Below, one piece after another: positions 27,201 to 39,084 of a DNA stretch of 64,000 nucleotides (its first letter is position 1; each line of letters opens with the position of its first letter). The stretch is from Macrostomum lignano. Its lineage: Eukaryota. Under the pieces are notes generated by a model. That model did not search any database and was not told the DNA's origin. It saw only the letters and a list, made by a program, of their open reading frames with translations. Location: contig NIVC01000423.1 in NCBI GenBank assembly GCA_002269645.1, positions 124,357-188,356 of the forward strand, in the 5' to 3' direction. The position numbers were made by a program, and so were the translations under genes.

Positions 27201-29684
27201 ATATGCCAACTTCAAAATTTATTTTATCTAGCTAAACAACTTAATTTTTGACAAAAAATAAGACTTATCTATGATATGAAAAAACATGAGCAAAAATTAA
27301 CAATTTTTGTTAAATGGCAATAGTAAGCCTAGCTATGACTATATTATTAAGGCTTAATGTGTTATCATTTAATTAGTAATATATCGGTTTTTGGGTTGGT
27401 ATTTTTGACACTTGACTAGTCTTTGGCTAGACCTCTTGCTATTTGCTCAAATTATCTAGGTCAGCCAGATGTTGGATAGGGCCTATTTATAAGGCTCTGG
27501 ACTCTAGAAAGTTATATGTATGCTAGAGTCCATAGTCCTTTTTGTTACAGTTATGCCAAGAATCTAGAAAAATTGGGCCTAGCCTTAGTGTAAATGCCTG
27601 GCCTGGTGTAAATGAATTGATAAAAATGATTGGCAGAAATCTAAATGGCTGGCATAAAAACAACTGTCTACAGATGATTTATTTGTAAAAAGTAAAACAA
27701 TGTTAAAAACCCAGAAATTATGCTATAATCCATTTTTATTTCAGTTATTATATAATTATATAATACTAATGCCTAATAGTATTTTTGTATAAAAACTTGT
27801 AAAACTTGTTTATTCTGTTTAAAATTTGTAGGTAATAGCATTTTTGTTTTTTTAAAGATGTTATAAAAAGATTTTGTTTAAAATCTTTTAGGCCTTTTAA
27901 TATTTTGACCAAATTTTATATACAGTAGAATCTTTAAGTTAGCAACTTAATAATATAGTGAAGTACAGTTGTTTTTGGTCTGGTTTCTAGTTTGTCTTGC
28001 CTGTTGTTGTCTAGAGGCCTTCAATAGAATTGCTGCCACTAGTGATGTACAGGCTTCTTCGATGTTGACTTGCGATGGCCTAGTAGGTCTCCTGGAGCAA
28101 GGCGGTGACCTCTAGCTGCTTGTTTCTTAGAAAGGATACTTGTAGAGTAGGTAGTGCTGCCACCAGCTTGCTCGGATCTTGTCCTTCAGTGAGGGAGACT
28201 CCGGGCTGAGCAAAATAAACGAGACACGAGAACTCAGCACATCGTGCAGATTTGACAGTTCGTACCAGTGCACACCTCGTCAGCAGTCCTGTCGGGCTCA
28301 AGTGCGGGGATGAGGAACTGTGCTAGTCTCTATTAGTTTGGTTGGGATTTAGCACACTCGAGGACACACAATCGCAGATGGATCAGATATCAGATAGGTT
28401 GGCTAAGGCCTAGCGCAAGCTGCACTGGACTTCCAAGAGAGCAGTTATTAGAAGAGTTAATGCACAGGTAAATGAGAGGTTTCACAGAGGGTTGCCAAAC
28501 AGCGGCACAAGAGGCCCGTACTTATAGGGTAGCGGATCAATTTCACCATACCGTGCAACACCCCATTGCGCCAGAGTGCGCAAGGCCACTCTCACTGCCC
28601 CCAATCTGGCGTGATTCAGTTCTATTTTTAGAAACAGGCGCGGATCCCTCAGTTTGAGAGGCAAGGACGCCATTCCTAATTTAGAGCCTGACACCCGAGA
28701 TTGCACAAGGCAGTGCAAGAAAAGGACAGAGTGCCGGGGCACATGATCCACTTCCGTACGGCCAGACAAAGAGTACAGCCAGAACTGGCTGGACTCGAGC
28801 TAAGAGAACGCAGCCACACAAAAAAAGGGGGGAAGGAGACAGACAAAGAATGAAACAAGGACAGGCTGAGTGGAGAAGCTCAGACGCTGGGAACGCAAAC
28901 GAACTGGAAAAAGGGGGGAACAATAGGGAGCACAGGCAGACAAAGGACAATGAGGGAGGGAGAGGGAGAGAGAGGGGTAGGAGAGGGAGAGAGAGAGAGA
29001 GGGAGGGAGAGCTGCGGCCAGCGGCAGCCAATAGCTCAGGAGGGTGCAGGGCACAGCTGACAAAGGGGGCACCTAACACTAAACTAGTGCTCACTTCACT
29101 CTCCCCGTTCAAATGATGAGGCGGAGTGCAAGCGTAGCCGCTTTATTTAAAACAAACAAGTTAAATTGTACTTTAACAAAATATAAACTTCGGTGTTAAT
29201 TTGAGTTTAGGCAGCATGAAGATGGTAGAGATTGTACCTGAAGGATAAACATAAAATGCATTAGTGTCGGATTAATACCAGCTGACCTGATTGAATGCAA
29301 AACACGGCAATGTTAAGTAGGCGAGTTTGCTGTTCAATATGCGGGCTGACGCCCTACTAAATGCCTATAATCATGATGGGGGTGTAGGCCCACTAATAGA
29401 GTAAAACATAGGATGCCTAAATAAGTTGGTGGGATGCTGGGAGTCAAATGGCAGAGCCCGGGGAGAAGGCACATGCAGCAAGAGGAGAAAAATAAAATAA
29501 TGCAGTTGCGCGCAACTTGCGCTTGCATGGAGGGGGCCCTACCCTCTTTAGAGTTCAAAGTAAGGGCCAAGTTCAGCGTGGCATCAAGCAAAGAGGTGGG
29601 TGCATCCTGGCGACGGCCGACCCAGCAGCGAGCACACCTGTCAGCGTCAAGGCTACCAGATCGGGCGGCTCAGGGCCAGGTGGC

Positions 29685-32600
29685 CTAGGCGATGCGATTG
29701 GGCAAGTCCGGGACTCGGCTGGCCATCACACGGGCGATACGGCGGGCCACCACCCTAAGTATAGCCGGGTGTTCAGGATGGCGGACCGCGGCGCCGGCGA
29801 TGTCCGCACCGTGGTCCATCGCGGCTTGGCGCTCGATGTCATCAAGAGCCCGCATCTCAGCCCAGATGGGCTCATTGAAGGAGGGCCATTTGCCATCTTG
29901 AGCTGCCGCCACAAAACAGCCGGCAAGATGCTTGGCGATGGTGTGGGCTAAGCTGATGGGCTCACTTGGTGTCGGCAGGAGGTCGGCGTCATGCAGGTTG
30001 GCTGCCTGGATGTATGCGTCGGCCCTGGATGGGCCCTCAGCCTGGGTGGCGGCATCGATGCAGCGGGGCTCAGCCGGGGAGTTGGGCGGGGCCTGCGGCA
30101 GAGCGAGCCGGAGCTCCTCGGCGAGGTCGCTCCAGCTATACGTAATCTCGTTGGCGTCGCTGAATTCAGCCTCAGAGGTCTGGGTGGCCATGTTCACCAA
30201 TGTCGGAGCCTTGTTGGCCCCGGTCACAATCAGCTTTGCGGCCGCTGCTACAGTCTTACCCGGGGGATCTTCCTGCGGCTGACTGGCGATGGGCTCCAGC
30301 GTCTCTGGAGTGGAAGGCCCAGCCGTAGGGCTGTCTGCACCAAACGCGGCCGCAAAAGCGGCAAAGCTGGTTGGGCCTCTGGGTAGATGCGAGGGCGCGG
30401 CCGCCAATGGCCTTGCCGTGGTCACCGGATCAACAGGTCGTCGGGGATGTCGCTGCCGGTGGGCCTCTGGTCCCAGGCTGACCCGTGGGTCATCAGGACT
30501 CTGGTGGCTCGGCGAGGACTGCAAATGGCGGATCCGGGTAGCGGAGTCTTCGCCAGTGAGGTCAATGACCTCTGGCTGCAAGTTCTCCTGTCACTGGCGA
30601 TGCCGTCCGCGTCCTCGGCGATGTCGCAGTCGCGAGGCGTCCCTTGACCGAGGCGTCTCGTTGTTACGGCGTCGGTCCGGCAGCGGCGATCGTTGATTGG
30701 GCGGCGGGGACGGGGACCGACTATACGGAGTCTGGCCGAGACGCAGTCTAGGGTATACGTGCTGGACCCAGGGAAGCCGGGGCGCACTTTCCCATTGGCT
30801 GGCAGCTGTGCCAATGGCGGGGCCAGCATCGGCGAGGCAGAACAGCTGTCTGCACTGCGCTGTCGCTCGCTCGTTGGAGCTTGTGCGGTCCGTTCGCTTT
30901 GGCGGGCGAGATGGGTGCATTTCTGCGCTGAAATGGTTGAAATTTTGTGCGCGCATGCGGGCGGTGCGACTAGCGTACGTTTGCGGCCTAGTATCACTAA
31001 TGAGAAGCCTCTCTGGAGGCCTACGGTCCCTAGCTAGCCTACCTAAACCTACAGGCTCTACAGGCACTTCCACCGGAGTGGTGCATGGCAATGGTACACG
31101 AGACTGTACCGCAGAAAAATGCTCAGGGGGAGTAGGGACATGGACGGGCGAAAAGGAAGCAGCAGGCACAGGTGCATTAGAAACAGGCTCACGCAAGTGG
31201 CATTCACCATACAGCACTGGCTCACGCCGAAGTGCACTTGCCTGGTTTGCTGGTGTCGTGTTCGGTCCACCTCCTGGCTGCACCTCCGGGATCGCCAGGA
31301 AGTACCACCAGAGAGCCGGCCTCACGTCATCATCCTTGTCGTCATCGGGATCTTCAAGCTCTTCCTCGGGAACCGGTGGCAGGGTCGCGGGTCCTGCACC
31401 GTCAGGATCATCTGGCTGCCGTCTGCACTTCTTCGCCTTCTTGACTTCGGGATCTGAAATCATCGCATAGTCCGCGTCAGGAACGTGGAGCAGGTTGCGG
31501 CGATGAACGACAAGTTCATCCCGTCAGGCTTGCGGATTGGGCAGTCTACGGCAAATCTTGTAGACCACCTCGCCTTTGGGTTCTACAACTTCGTAGAGTG
31601 CTTTGCGGGGTCGATGAAACTTCGCCGCCTCATCCGGTTTGAGCACCGGGTTGTTGAGAAAAACCAAATCACCGGGCTTGAGCTTCTTGGCCTTCAGCAG
31701 GTTGGAGTAGTGCTCGTCTCGCAGTTGTTGATGGAGATGCAGAGGATCCTTATCTAGCTCGGTGGCATTGTCGAGACGGCGTTGGAAGTCCTTGACATAC
31801 TCGGGCAAGTCGGCATACTCGGGCAGCTTCTTCAGCGCGTTGTCGATCGGCAGTCGGAAGTCACGGCCGAACACCAGGTAGTGGGGCGTGAATCCTGTCA
31901 CCGGGTGTACACTGGAGCGGAGAGCCATCAGGCAGGCTGGAAGGAAGGTGTCCCAGTCATTGTGGTTTCGCTCGAGGAGGCAGGTGAGAATGCTCTTCAG
32001 CTGCTTGTTGAGGTTCTCGACTTGACCATTGGAAGCTGGTTTGTACGGTGTTGTTGTAGTATGTTGAATGCCAAACAGGTTGCAGAACTTCTTGAAGGCG
32101 GAGCCGGTGAAGTTGGTGCCTTGATCAGTGTGTATCCAGCAGGGTACACCAAAGTCAGGGATCAAGCGCTCCTGCAAGATCTTGATGACAGTCTTGGCTT
32201 TCTGGTTCCTCATAGGATAGGCAAACGGGTACTTTGACGTCGCGTTGCACAAGGTCAATATGTAGCGGTTCCCACTCTTGCTCTTCTAGGCAATAGGGCC
32301 TACTACATCGCAATGTACTCTTCCTAGCACTTTGCGGACTGGGAAGCTTTGAACTGGAACTTCGTCTCGCCTTCGCGATTTGCTTTCGAGACAGGCACGG
32401 CATCTGCTGATAAAATTCTCAATGACACGGGCTAATCCGGGCCGCCAGAATCGTTCTCGCAGTCATTTCAGCGTTTTTGTCTGGCCTAGGTGTCCACACA
32501 GTGGCGAACTGTGGAGCTCCTGGAGCACCTGGGCATCGAGGGCTTCGTGCAGGAAAACCTTCGGGGACTGCTGGCCATCAGTCAGGTCGATCATCAGCAG

Positions 32601-33250
32601 GCCGTTGTCCTCTCGCAGATTCTCGTAATATCCGAGCAGGTTCCGCTGCTCCTTCGTCAGCCGCAACCGGGTGTCAAACTTGGGCTTTGGGGCTTTGTTC
32701 TTGACCAAGTTGAACACGTAACTGATAGCTCAGTCAGCGCACTGCGTGTCGACAAACTGTTGCCGCGTCATCGGCAACCTCAGAAAATCCGTGAGCACAG
32801 CGCGGCATGGCTGAGGGGTCATGACTCCCGCAGTCTCCGCTTCAGTGGCTCGCAGTTGATCACGCGACTCCGTCTTGTCAGCGTCAGGATTAGGTCGCTC
32901 CGAGGGACTTTGTCTCACAACGTCGGCGTACAATTGCTGATCTTGTTTTAAAGTTCTCATCATCGCTCTCTTGACAGGAATTTCCGCAGCTGGAGCAGTC
33001 CGCGACATCACCAAACTCCACCGGGATGATCACCTTACACGCAAGGGGTAGCTGCGTACCATCGTACATGGTCACGCAATCCGGGATAGCATGCGATATG
33101 ATACACCAAGGCATCCGGCGTCTAATAGTGGCCCAGATTGATGAACCAAGAAAGTTTTTCCTACTGCCGCTGTCTAGCAAGAAAGCGACCTCTCAACTCG
33201 CAACTCGACCTGTGACATATAGATCGGCCTCATGCACATGGATTTTTTGA
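29685..33250 (-). pseudogene. Element 1 pol remnant (protease N-part, integrase, C-terminal extension)
   Basis: LHSSPLCGHLG, IHTDQGTNF and SNGQVENLN motifs; stops at 32730, 32463, ~32287, 31524 and 30591. Confidence 0.88.
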
Positions 33251-33290
33251 TCATCAGAGGTGTCCACGAAACCTCCGGGCTCCGCGTCTC

Positions 33291-34467
33291 TTACTGACGA
33301 GCAACTGTCGGACTGGGCACTGGCGCTTGCCCAGCCCACATCCTCTTCTTCTCGTGACCTCTCGGAGTCTGCCAAGTAGCCGGGGCTTGGGCTCTGCGGA
33401 GGGCGTTGCCGTGGGCGCTCTCCGTCTCGCCATTTCCCTGGTTCTGGCGTAACGGGCACTGTGCATTGCGATGACCAGGCTGACCGCAGCCATAGCAGAT
33501 CATGGCTTTTGCAGGCAGACTTGTCTTCTGCTGCTGGTCACGCTGCACCAGGTTGTCTAGCATTTGCTGCTGTTTCTCTAGCAGATCAGTCAGAGCTAGG
33601 AGAGCTTGAGCGGTGGCGTCGGGCGTCGGGTCACCGTCGCACTCCCCATTCAGCATGCGAACCGGGGGTTGAGCAGAGCGCTGCGCCAGTTCTTTGGCGC
33701 CTTCCAGACGATGGAGTTCTCGAATAGTGGCCAGCAGATTGTTCGGGCGGACCCAATAGAGCCACTTGCGCAGATCTGGTGTTGTCCTGATGCCAGCTAG
33801 GAACTGATCAGCCAGCTCCCGCTCTCGATCCTCAGGGCATTCAAGGGTACGCTTGCTCTCCCAAGGTGTGCAGGGCATCAGCGTACTCTTCTGCTGACTC
33901 ATTCTTGCCTTGCTGACGCCTCCTTAGAAGCTCTCGATACTCATCAGCGCCACCGTGGCGCGCAAATCGCTCGATTAAACGCTGCTTAACCTCCTCGTAG
34001 CTGGCGAACCTTGGCAGATGCATGCTGAGCAGGGCCGGATACGCAGTAGACAGATCCAGACTCGCGATGAGGTGCTGCTTCATCTCAAACGGGTCGACGA
34101 CTCGCTCCATCTCGCAACGCTGCTTGAACGCGGCAAGCCAGACATGAATGTCCTGACTTGGAGTAAATTTAACAATCTTAATCTGTTTACTCACCGGTTG
34201 CTCTATTTGCTGCTGCAGAGCTGCCATCATGGTCCTCAGGTCCAATGGTCTGACGGTCTGGCCAAGGTCATCCAAGCCTCGCAGAAGCTCATCTGGCGGG
34301 TCCTCGGACACCTCGCTTCGTACACTTTGCCTCGGCGCGGGCCTCTGACAGAAGTCACCGGTCGTTGCTGCTGCCGTGGCGGCGTCTGCTGCCGCAGGCC
34401 TCAAACTGCTGATGTGCTGATCCAGCCGGCTGCTATTCCGGCTCTTGTCTCGCTCGTTGAACATGCT
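33291..34467 (-). pseudogene. Element 1 gag (stop plus frameshift near 33840)
   Basis: ORFs 33841..34635 and 33291..33902 align with element 2 gag; CYGCGQPGHRNAQC knuckle. Confidence 0.85.
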
Positions 34468-35908
34468 GATCTCGTAGCTGACCGAAAAGTCATTCTCGAG
34501 AAAGGGCAGTTGGCTTGGGTGTTTCGAAGTCGGATCCCACCGCTGAGTCACCAATGAAGTACAGTTGTTTTTGGTCTGGTTTCTAGTTTGTCTTGCCTGT
34601 TGTTGTCTAGAGGCCTTCAATAGAATCGCTGCCACCAGTGATGTACAAGCTTCTTCGATGTTGACTCGAAATGGCCTGGTAGGTCTCCTGGAGCAAGGCG
34701 GTGACCTCTAGCTGCTTGTTTCTTAGAAAGGATACTTGTAGAGTAGGTAGTGCTGCCACCAGCTTGCTCGGATCTTGTCCTTCAGTGAGGGAGACTCCGG
34801 GCTGAGCAAAATAAACGAGACACGAGAACTCAGCACATCGTGCAGATTTGACAGTTCGTACCAGTGCACACCTCGTCAGCGGTCCTGCCGGGCTCAAGTG
34901 CGGGGATGAGGAACTGTGCTAGTCTCTGTTAGTCGGTTGGGATTTAGCACACTCGAGGACACACAATCGCAGATGGATCAGATATCAGATAGGTTGGCTA
35001 AGGCCTAGCACAAGCTGCACTGGACTTCCAAGAGAGCAGTTATTAGAAGAGTTAATGCACAGGTAAATGAGAGGTTTCACAGAGGGTTGCCAAACAGCGG
35101 CACAAGAGGCCCGTACTTATAGGGTAGCGGATCAATTTCACCATACCGTGCAACACCCCATTGTGCCAGAGTGCGCAAGGCCACTCTCACTGCCCCCAAT
35201 CTGGCGTGATTCAGTTCTATTTTTAGAAACAGGCGCGGATCCCTCAGTTTGAGAGGCAAGGACGCCATTCCTAATTTAGAGCCTGACACCCGAGATTGCA
35301 CAAGGCAGTGCAAGAAAAGGACAGAGTGCCGGGGCACGTGATCCGCTTCCGTACGGCCAGACAGAGAGTACAGCCAGAACTGGCTGGACTCGAGCTAAGA
35401 GAACGCAGCCACACAAAAAAAGGGGGGGAAGGAGACAGACAAGGAATGAAACAAGGACAGGCTGAGCGGAGAAGCTCAGACGCTGGGAACGCAAACAAAC
35501 TGGAAAAAGGGGGAACAAAAGGGAGTGCAGGCAGACAAAGGACAACGAGGGAGGGAGAGGGAGAGAGAGGGGCGGGAGAGGGAGTGAGAGAGGGAGAGAG
35601 GGAGGGAGAGCTGCGGCCAGCGGCAGCCAACAGCTCAGGAGGGCGCAGGGCACAGCTGACAAAGAGGGCACCTAACACTAAACTAGTGCTCACTTCAATA
35701 GTAATCTACTTTCTTCTTCATTAATTACTTCAAACTTTTAATTTTTAAAATGCACTTAGCTTAATTTTCTTTGACTTGAAATTTTTTTCAATGTTAATGT
35801 GGAACTTTAAACAAATTATAATACACTTTAACTAGAAAATTAAACCATGTGTGACACTAAAATATTTAAAACATTAATTGTCAAACTAATTCTTGCTTGA
35901 GTTAATTA

Positions 35909-36442
35909 TAGGGATTGCAATCCTTGGATCCCAAAATACCAAGATTGGGCCCAAATCCCAGGATTTGGGGTACTAAATCCTGGGACTATTTTTTGTTATT
36001 ATTTTTACAAAACGTGTCGTAATATGAACATAATTAGGCCTACAACTAGCTTATTATACTGTGCTAATTTCCATTTAAGTTCCTCACATTGTGTGGCACA
36101 TTTTTAAGCCCCAAACTACAGATTTAAATATGAAATTTATTCCTATATAAATTTTGATATATGATTACTTCTTTACTACTAATTAGTACTTTTATACTAC
36201 TTTCTTAATTGCATCACAAGATAATGCTGTTTTTCATCTACAAAAAGATGTGCTATCTCTATAACAATAAAAAATAGAAGCAAAAATACATTTAGCACAT
36301 ATTCTGCCTTAAAATTTTAACTCAAAAGCTTTAAAATCTGTATTTTTCTGATCCTGGGATTGAATCCTGGGATTGGCCAAATTCTGGGATTAAAATCCCA
36401 GGATCCCAGAATTGCAAAAAAACTGGGATTTTGCAATGCCTA
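35909..36442. mobile_element. hAT-like MITE (TAGGGATTGCAA TIRs), CpG-eroded
   Basis: TIRs TAGGGATTGCAA / TTGCAATGCCTA; flanks GTTAATTA / GTTAACTA (8-bp TSD, 1 mismatch); subterminal ATCCTGGGAT and ATCCCAGGAT motifs. Confidence 0.75.
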
Positions 36443-37092
36443 GTTAACTACTATAAAGATATAGTGTTGACAATCATAAATCTGCTTTGTTACCAAAGTG
36501 GCTATTACTAAAATAGATTCTATTCTTGTATATTAAGCCTTTTAGTAGTCTGGTAATAAGCTACAATTATAATAACAATTGTCTATAGGCCAATTATTTA
36601 TTAAGATTTGCTAGAGCTTCATGAATTTCATTTTAAATAGAAAGTTTTCTTATTGAGAATTGAGAATTAATCAATATTAGAATAAATAGCAGTTTGTCTA
36701 TAGGAGATTTTTTCCTTAAGATCTTTGCTAGCAAAGCATTTTTCTATTTAGAAATAGCTTATTTAGAAATTACAATATCCAATAATTCACAAATATAAAC
36801 AGCCTGCCTAATTAACAGAGGGCAAAAAGCAATTCCATTGAAAACTTTACCATGACAAGAATCATTATATAGAGGCATTGTAAATAACTCAACTCTGGGA
36901 TAACCATTTAACAACCCAAACAACTAATATGGGATAGAAAGGCAAGGCAACTGGTAAATCATGAGTTGCAGAACCATGAATTGCAAAAGAAGTTGTAATT
37001 TCTATTTCAATGTGCATTTATGGGACTCCATATTGTAACTTGACTTGATGCTGGCAACATTTCAGCACAGGTGTAGCAACCTGCAATCAGGC

Positions 37093-37938
37093 ATGGATGA
37101 CTCAGAATTTGTTCTCAATCAATCAAGCATCAATCCATACATTCTAAACATAGAGTATGCAGTCCGAGGCCCCATAGTGGCCAATGCTCAGAGAATTCAA
37201 AGCGAACTAGATGCCGGAATTCCGAAGCCTTTCACTGAGCTAATCTGGTGCAATATTGGCGATTGTCACGCTATGGGCCAGAAACCAATCAGCTTTCTTA
37301 GACAAGTCGTGGCTCTAATTGTTGATCCTAGTCTTATTGAATCCGACAGTCACTATCCGGCAGATGTGAAACAGAGAGCCAGACGAATTCTTGACAATGG
37401 CGGCGGTCTTCAATACAGCAGCGAGATGCTGGGCCTGCCTGTTATTCGGCAAGATTGCGCCAACTACATTCAGGATAGAGATGGCGTGCCGTGCAATCCG
37501 GACAGTGTCATTCTGAGCACGGGGGCTGGCGAGATGATTAAAGAATTGTTGCAGGTGTTTGCCAGATTGCAACCGTCTGCAAGTACTGTCAATGGTTTGC
37601 AGTATGGCGTGATGATCCCCATACCGCAGTATCCTATGTACTCAGCCTCAATTACGCAGTACAATCTGCAGTCGGTGCACTATTATTTAGACGAGTCTGA
37701 CAATTGGAGCTTGGATCTGTCTGAGCTGCGCAGAGCCTACGATGAAGCTGTTGGTAAATGCGAGCCTCGAGTCTTAGTGGTGATTAATCCGGGAAATCCC
37801 ACTGGCCAGGTACTGCGCAAAGAAGTGATCGAAGATGTTGTTCGATTTGCCAAGGAGAAGAACCTGTTCATTCTGGCTGATGAAGTCTATCAGCACAATG
37901 TGTACGCGGAGGGGGCCAAGTTTTACAGCTTCAAACGG
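37093..37938 (+). CDS. GPT: Alanine aminotransferase-like paralogue A, exon 1
   Basis: [34 protein letters not shown] and LADEVYQHNVY are ALT motifs; GTGAGC donor at 37939. The start could lie upstream (ATG 37048). Confidence 0.9.
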
Positions 37939-38005
37939 GTGAGCAAAAAAATCACTAGTGACTCTAGAAACTCTGCGCAAAGAGGTAGCTGAGAGCCGTC
38001 CAAGG

Positions 38006-38340
38006 GTCGTTGTGTTAGCGCTTTAACTTTTTACTAACTTAAGTAGACTAAATAGAGTTGTTGTAAGTTCAAAATGCAATTATGATTCATAACGTGATGC
38101 AGAATGCGCTTTAGACGCAACTCAGTGATTCTACATTGACTCTAGCACGCCTCAGATGCAACTCTATACACGGCCTCAGAGTCGCAGACAATACAACGCC
38201 TCAAATTTTTGACAAATCTTAGGCGTCTCTTGGACGACTTGTACTCGTCGTTTTAGAGTCGTCTAGAGTCGCTTGTTTCCTATTTTAGCTGTGTTACCTG
38301 CAGTGACTCTGGGGTGCTTCTTGGCCTAGATACCGTTTTC
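38006..38340. mobile_element. Dispersed repeat of unknown class, copy 1 (related to 60116-60485)
   Basis: Both copies start GTCGTTGTGTTAGCGCTT and share TAAATAGAGTTGTT, GCAACTCAGTGATTCT and TGTTACCTGCA blocks. Confidence 0.6.
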
Positions 38341-38460
38341 ATCGATCTTTTGATAATTTGACTATCGATTGCATAGTAAAGCTCTATTAAGTATAGAATG
38401 ACATTGATGCTGCTTGACCTCCCGTGACCTCGGACCCCATTTCATATCGGATATTGGCAG

Positions 38461-38987
38461 GTGCTGCACCGCCTTGGTCCGGAGTTCTCAACTACAGTCC
38501 AGCTGGCCTCGCTGATGTCGGCCAGCAAGGGCTACGCCGGCGAGTGCGGCTTCCGCGGCGGCTACTGCGAGCTGCTCAATCCAGACGCTCGGCTGCAGTC
38601 GCTGCTGTATCGTCAGCTTGCGAATCGAGGCTGTCCGTCGGTGGCAGGCCAGGCCATCCTAGACGTGATCGTGAACCCGCCTAAGCCCGACGAGCCATCA
38701 TTCGCTGAGCACGAGCGCGAGAAGTCTCAAGTGCTCGGCGACCTGAAGCTGAAAGCTCAAATGGCCACTGAGACGTTCAACAGCATACCCGGAATGCGCT
38801 GCAATCCGGTTCAGGGCGCCATGTACGCTTTTCCCAGCATTGAGCTGCCGCCCAAGCTGATTGAGGAGGCCAAGGCGAAGGGAATGCAGCCGGATGCGAT
38901 GTACTGCACCGCACTGCTGGAGGAGAAGGGCGTCTGTGTTGTGCCCGGGTCGGGCTTCGGTCAGCGACCCGGCACCTACCACTTTAG
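38461..38987 (+). CDS. GPT: ALT paralogue A, exon 2 (PLP lysine)
   Basis: SASKGYAGECGFRGGY, CNPVQGAMYAFP, CVVPGSGFGQRPGTYHFR; CAG acceptor and GT donor. Confidence 0.93.
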
Positions 38988-39084
38988 GTAGCCAACTCTG
39001 ATCCAATCATTTCTTAATATAATTTTTAATCCCATCTCTTGTTTAAACTTTTGACCTCATTTCTGTTCTTTTTCTATGTCCCAT

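Larger units (their letters stand above)
27959..35697 (-). mobile_element. Decayed Ty3/gypsy LTR retrotransposon (element 1), RT/RNase H deleted
   Basis: LTRs 34555-35697 and 27959-29098 (TGAAG...CTTCA); TSD ATAG; PBS TGGTGACTCAGCGG; PPT GGGGAGAG. Gag has a CCHC knuckle; protease start LLDSGS; integrase interrupted by stops. Confidence 0.95.
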
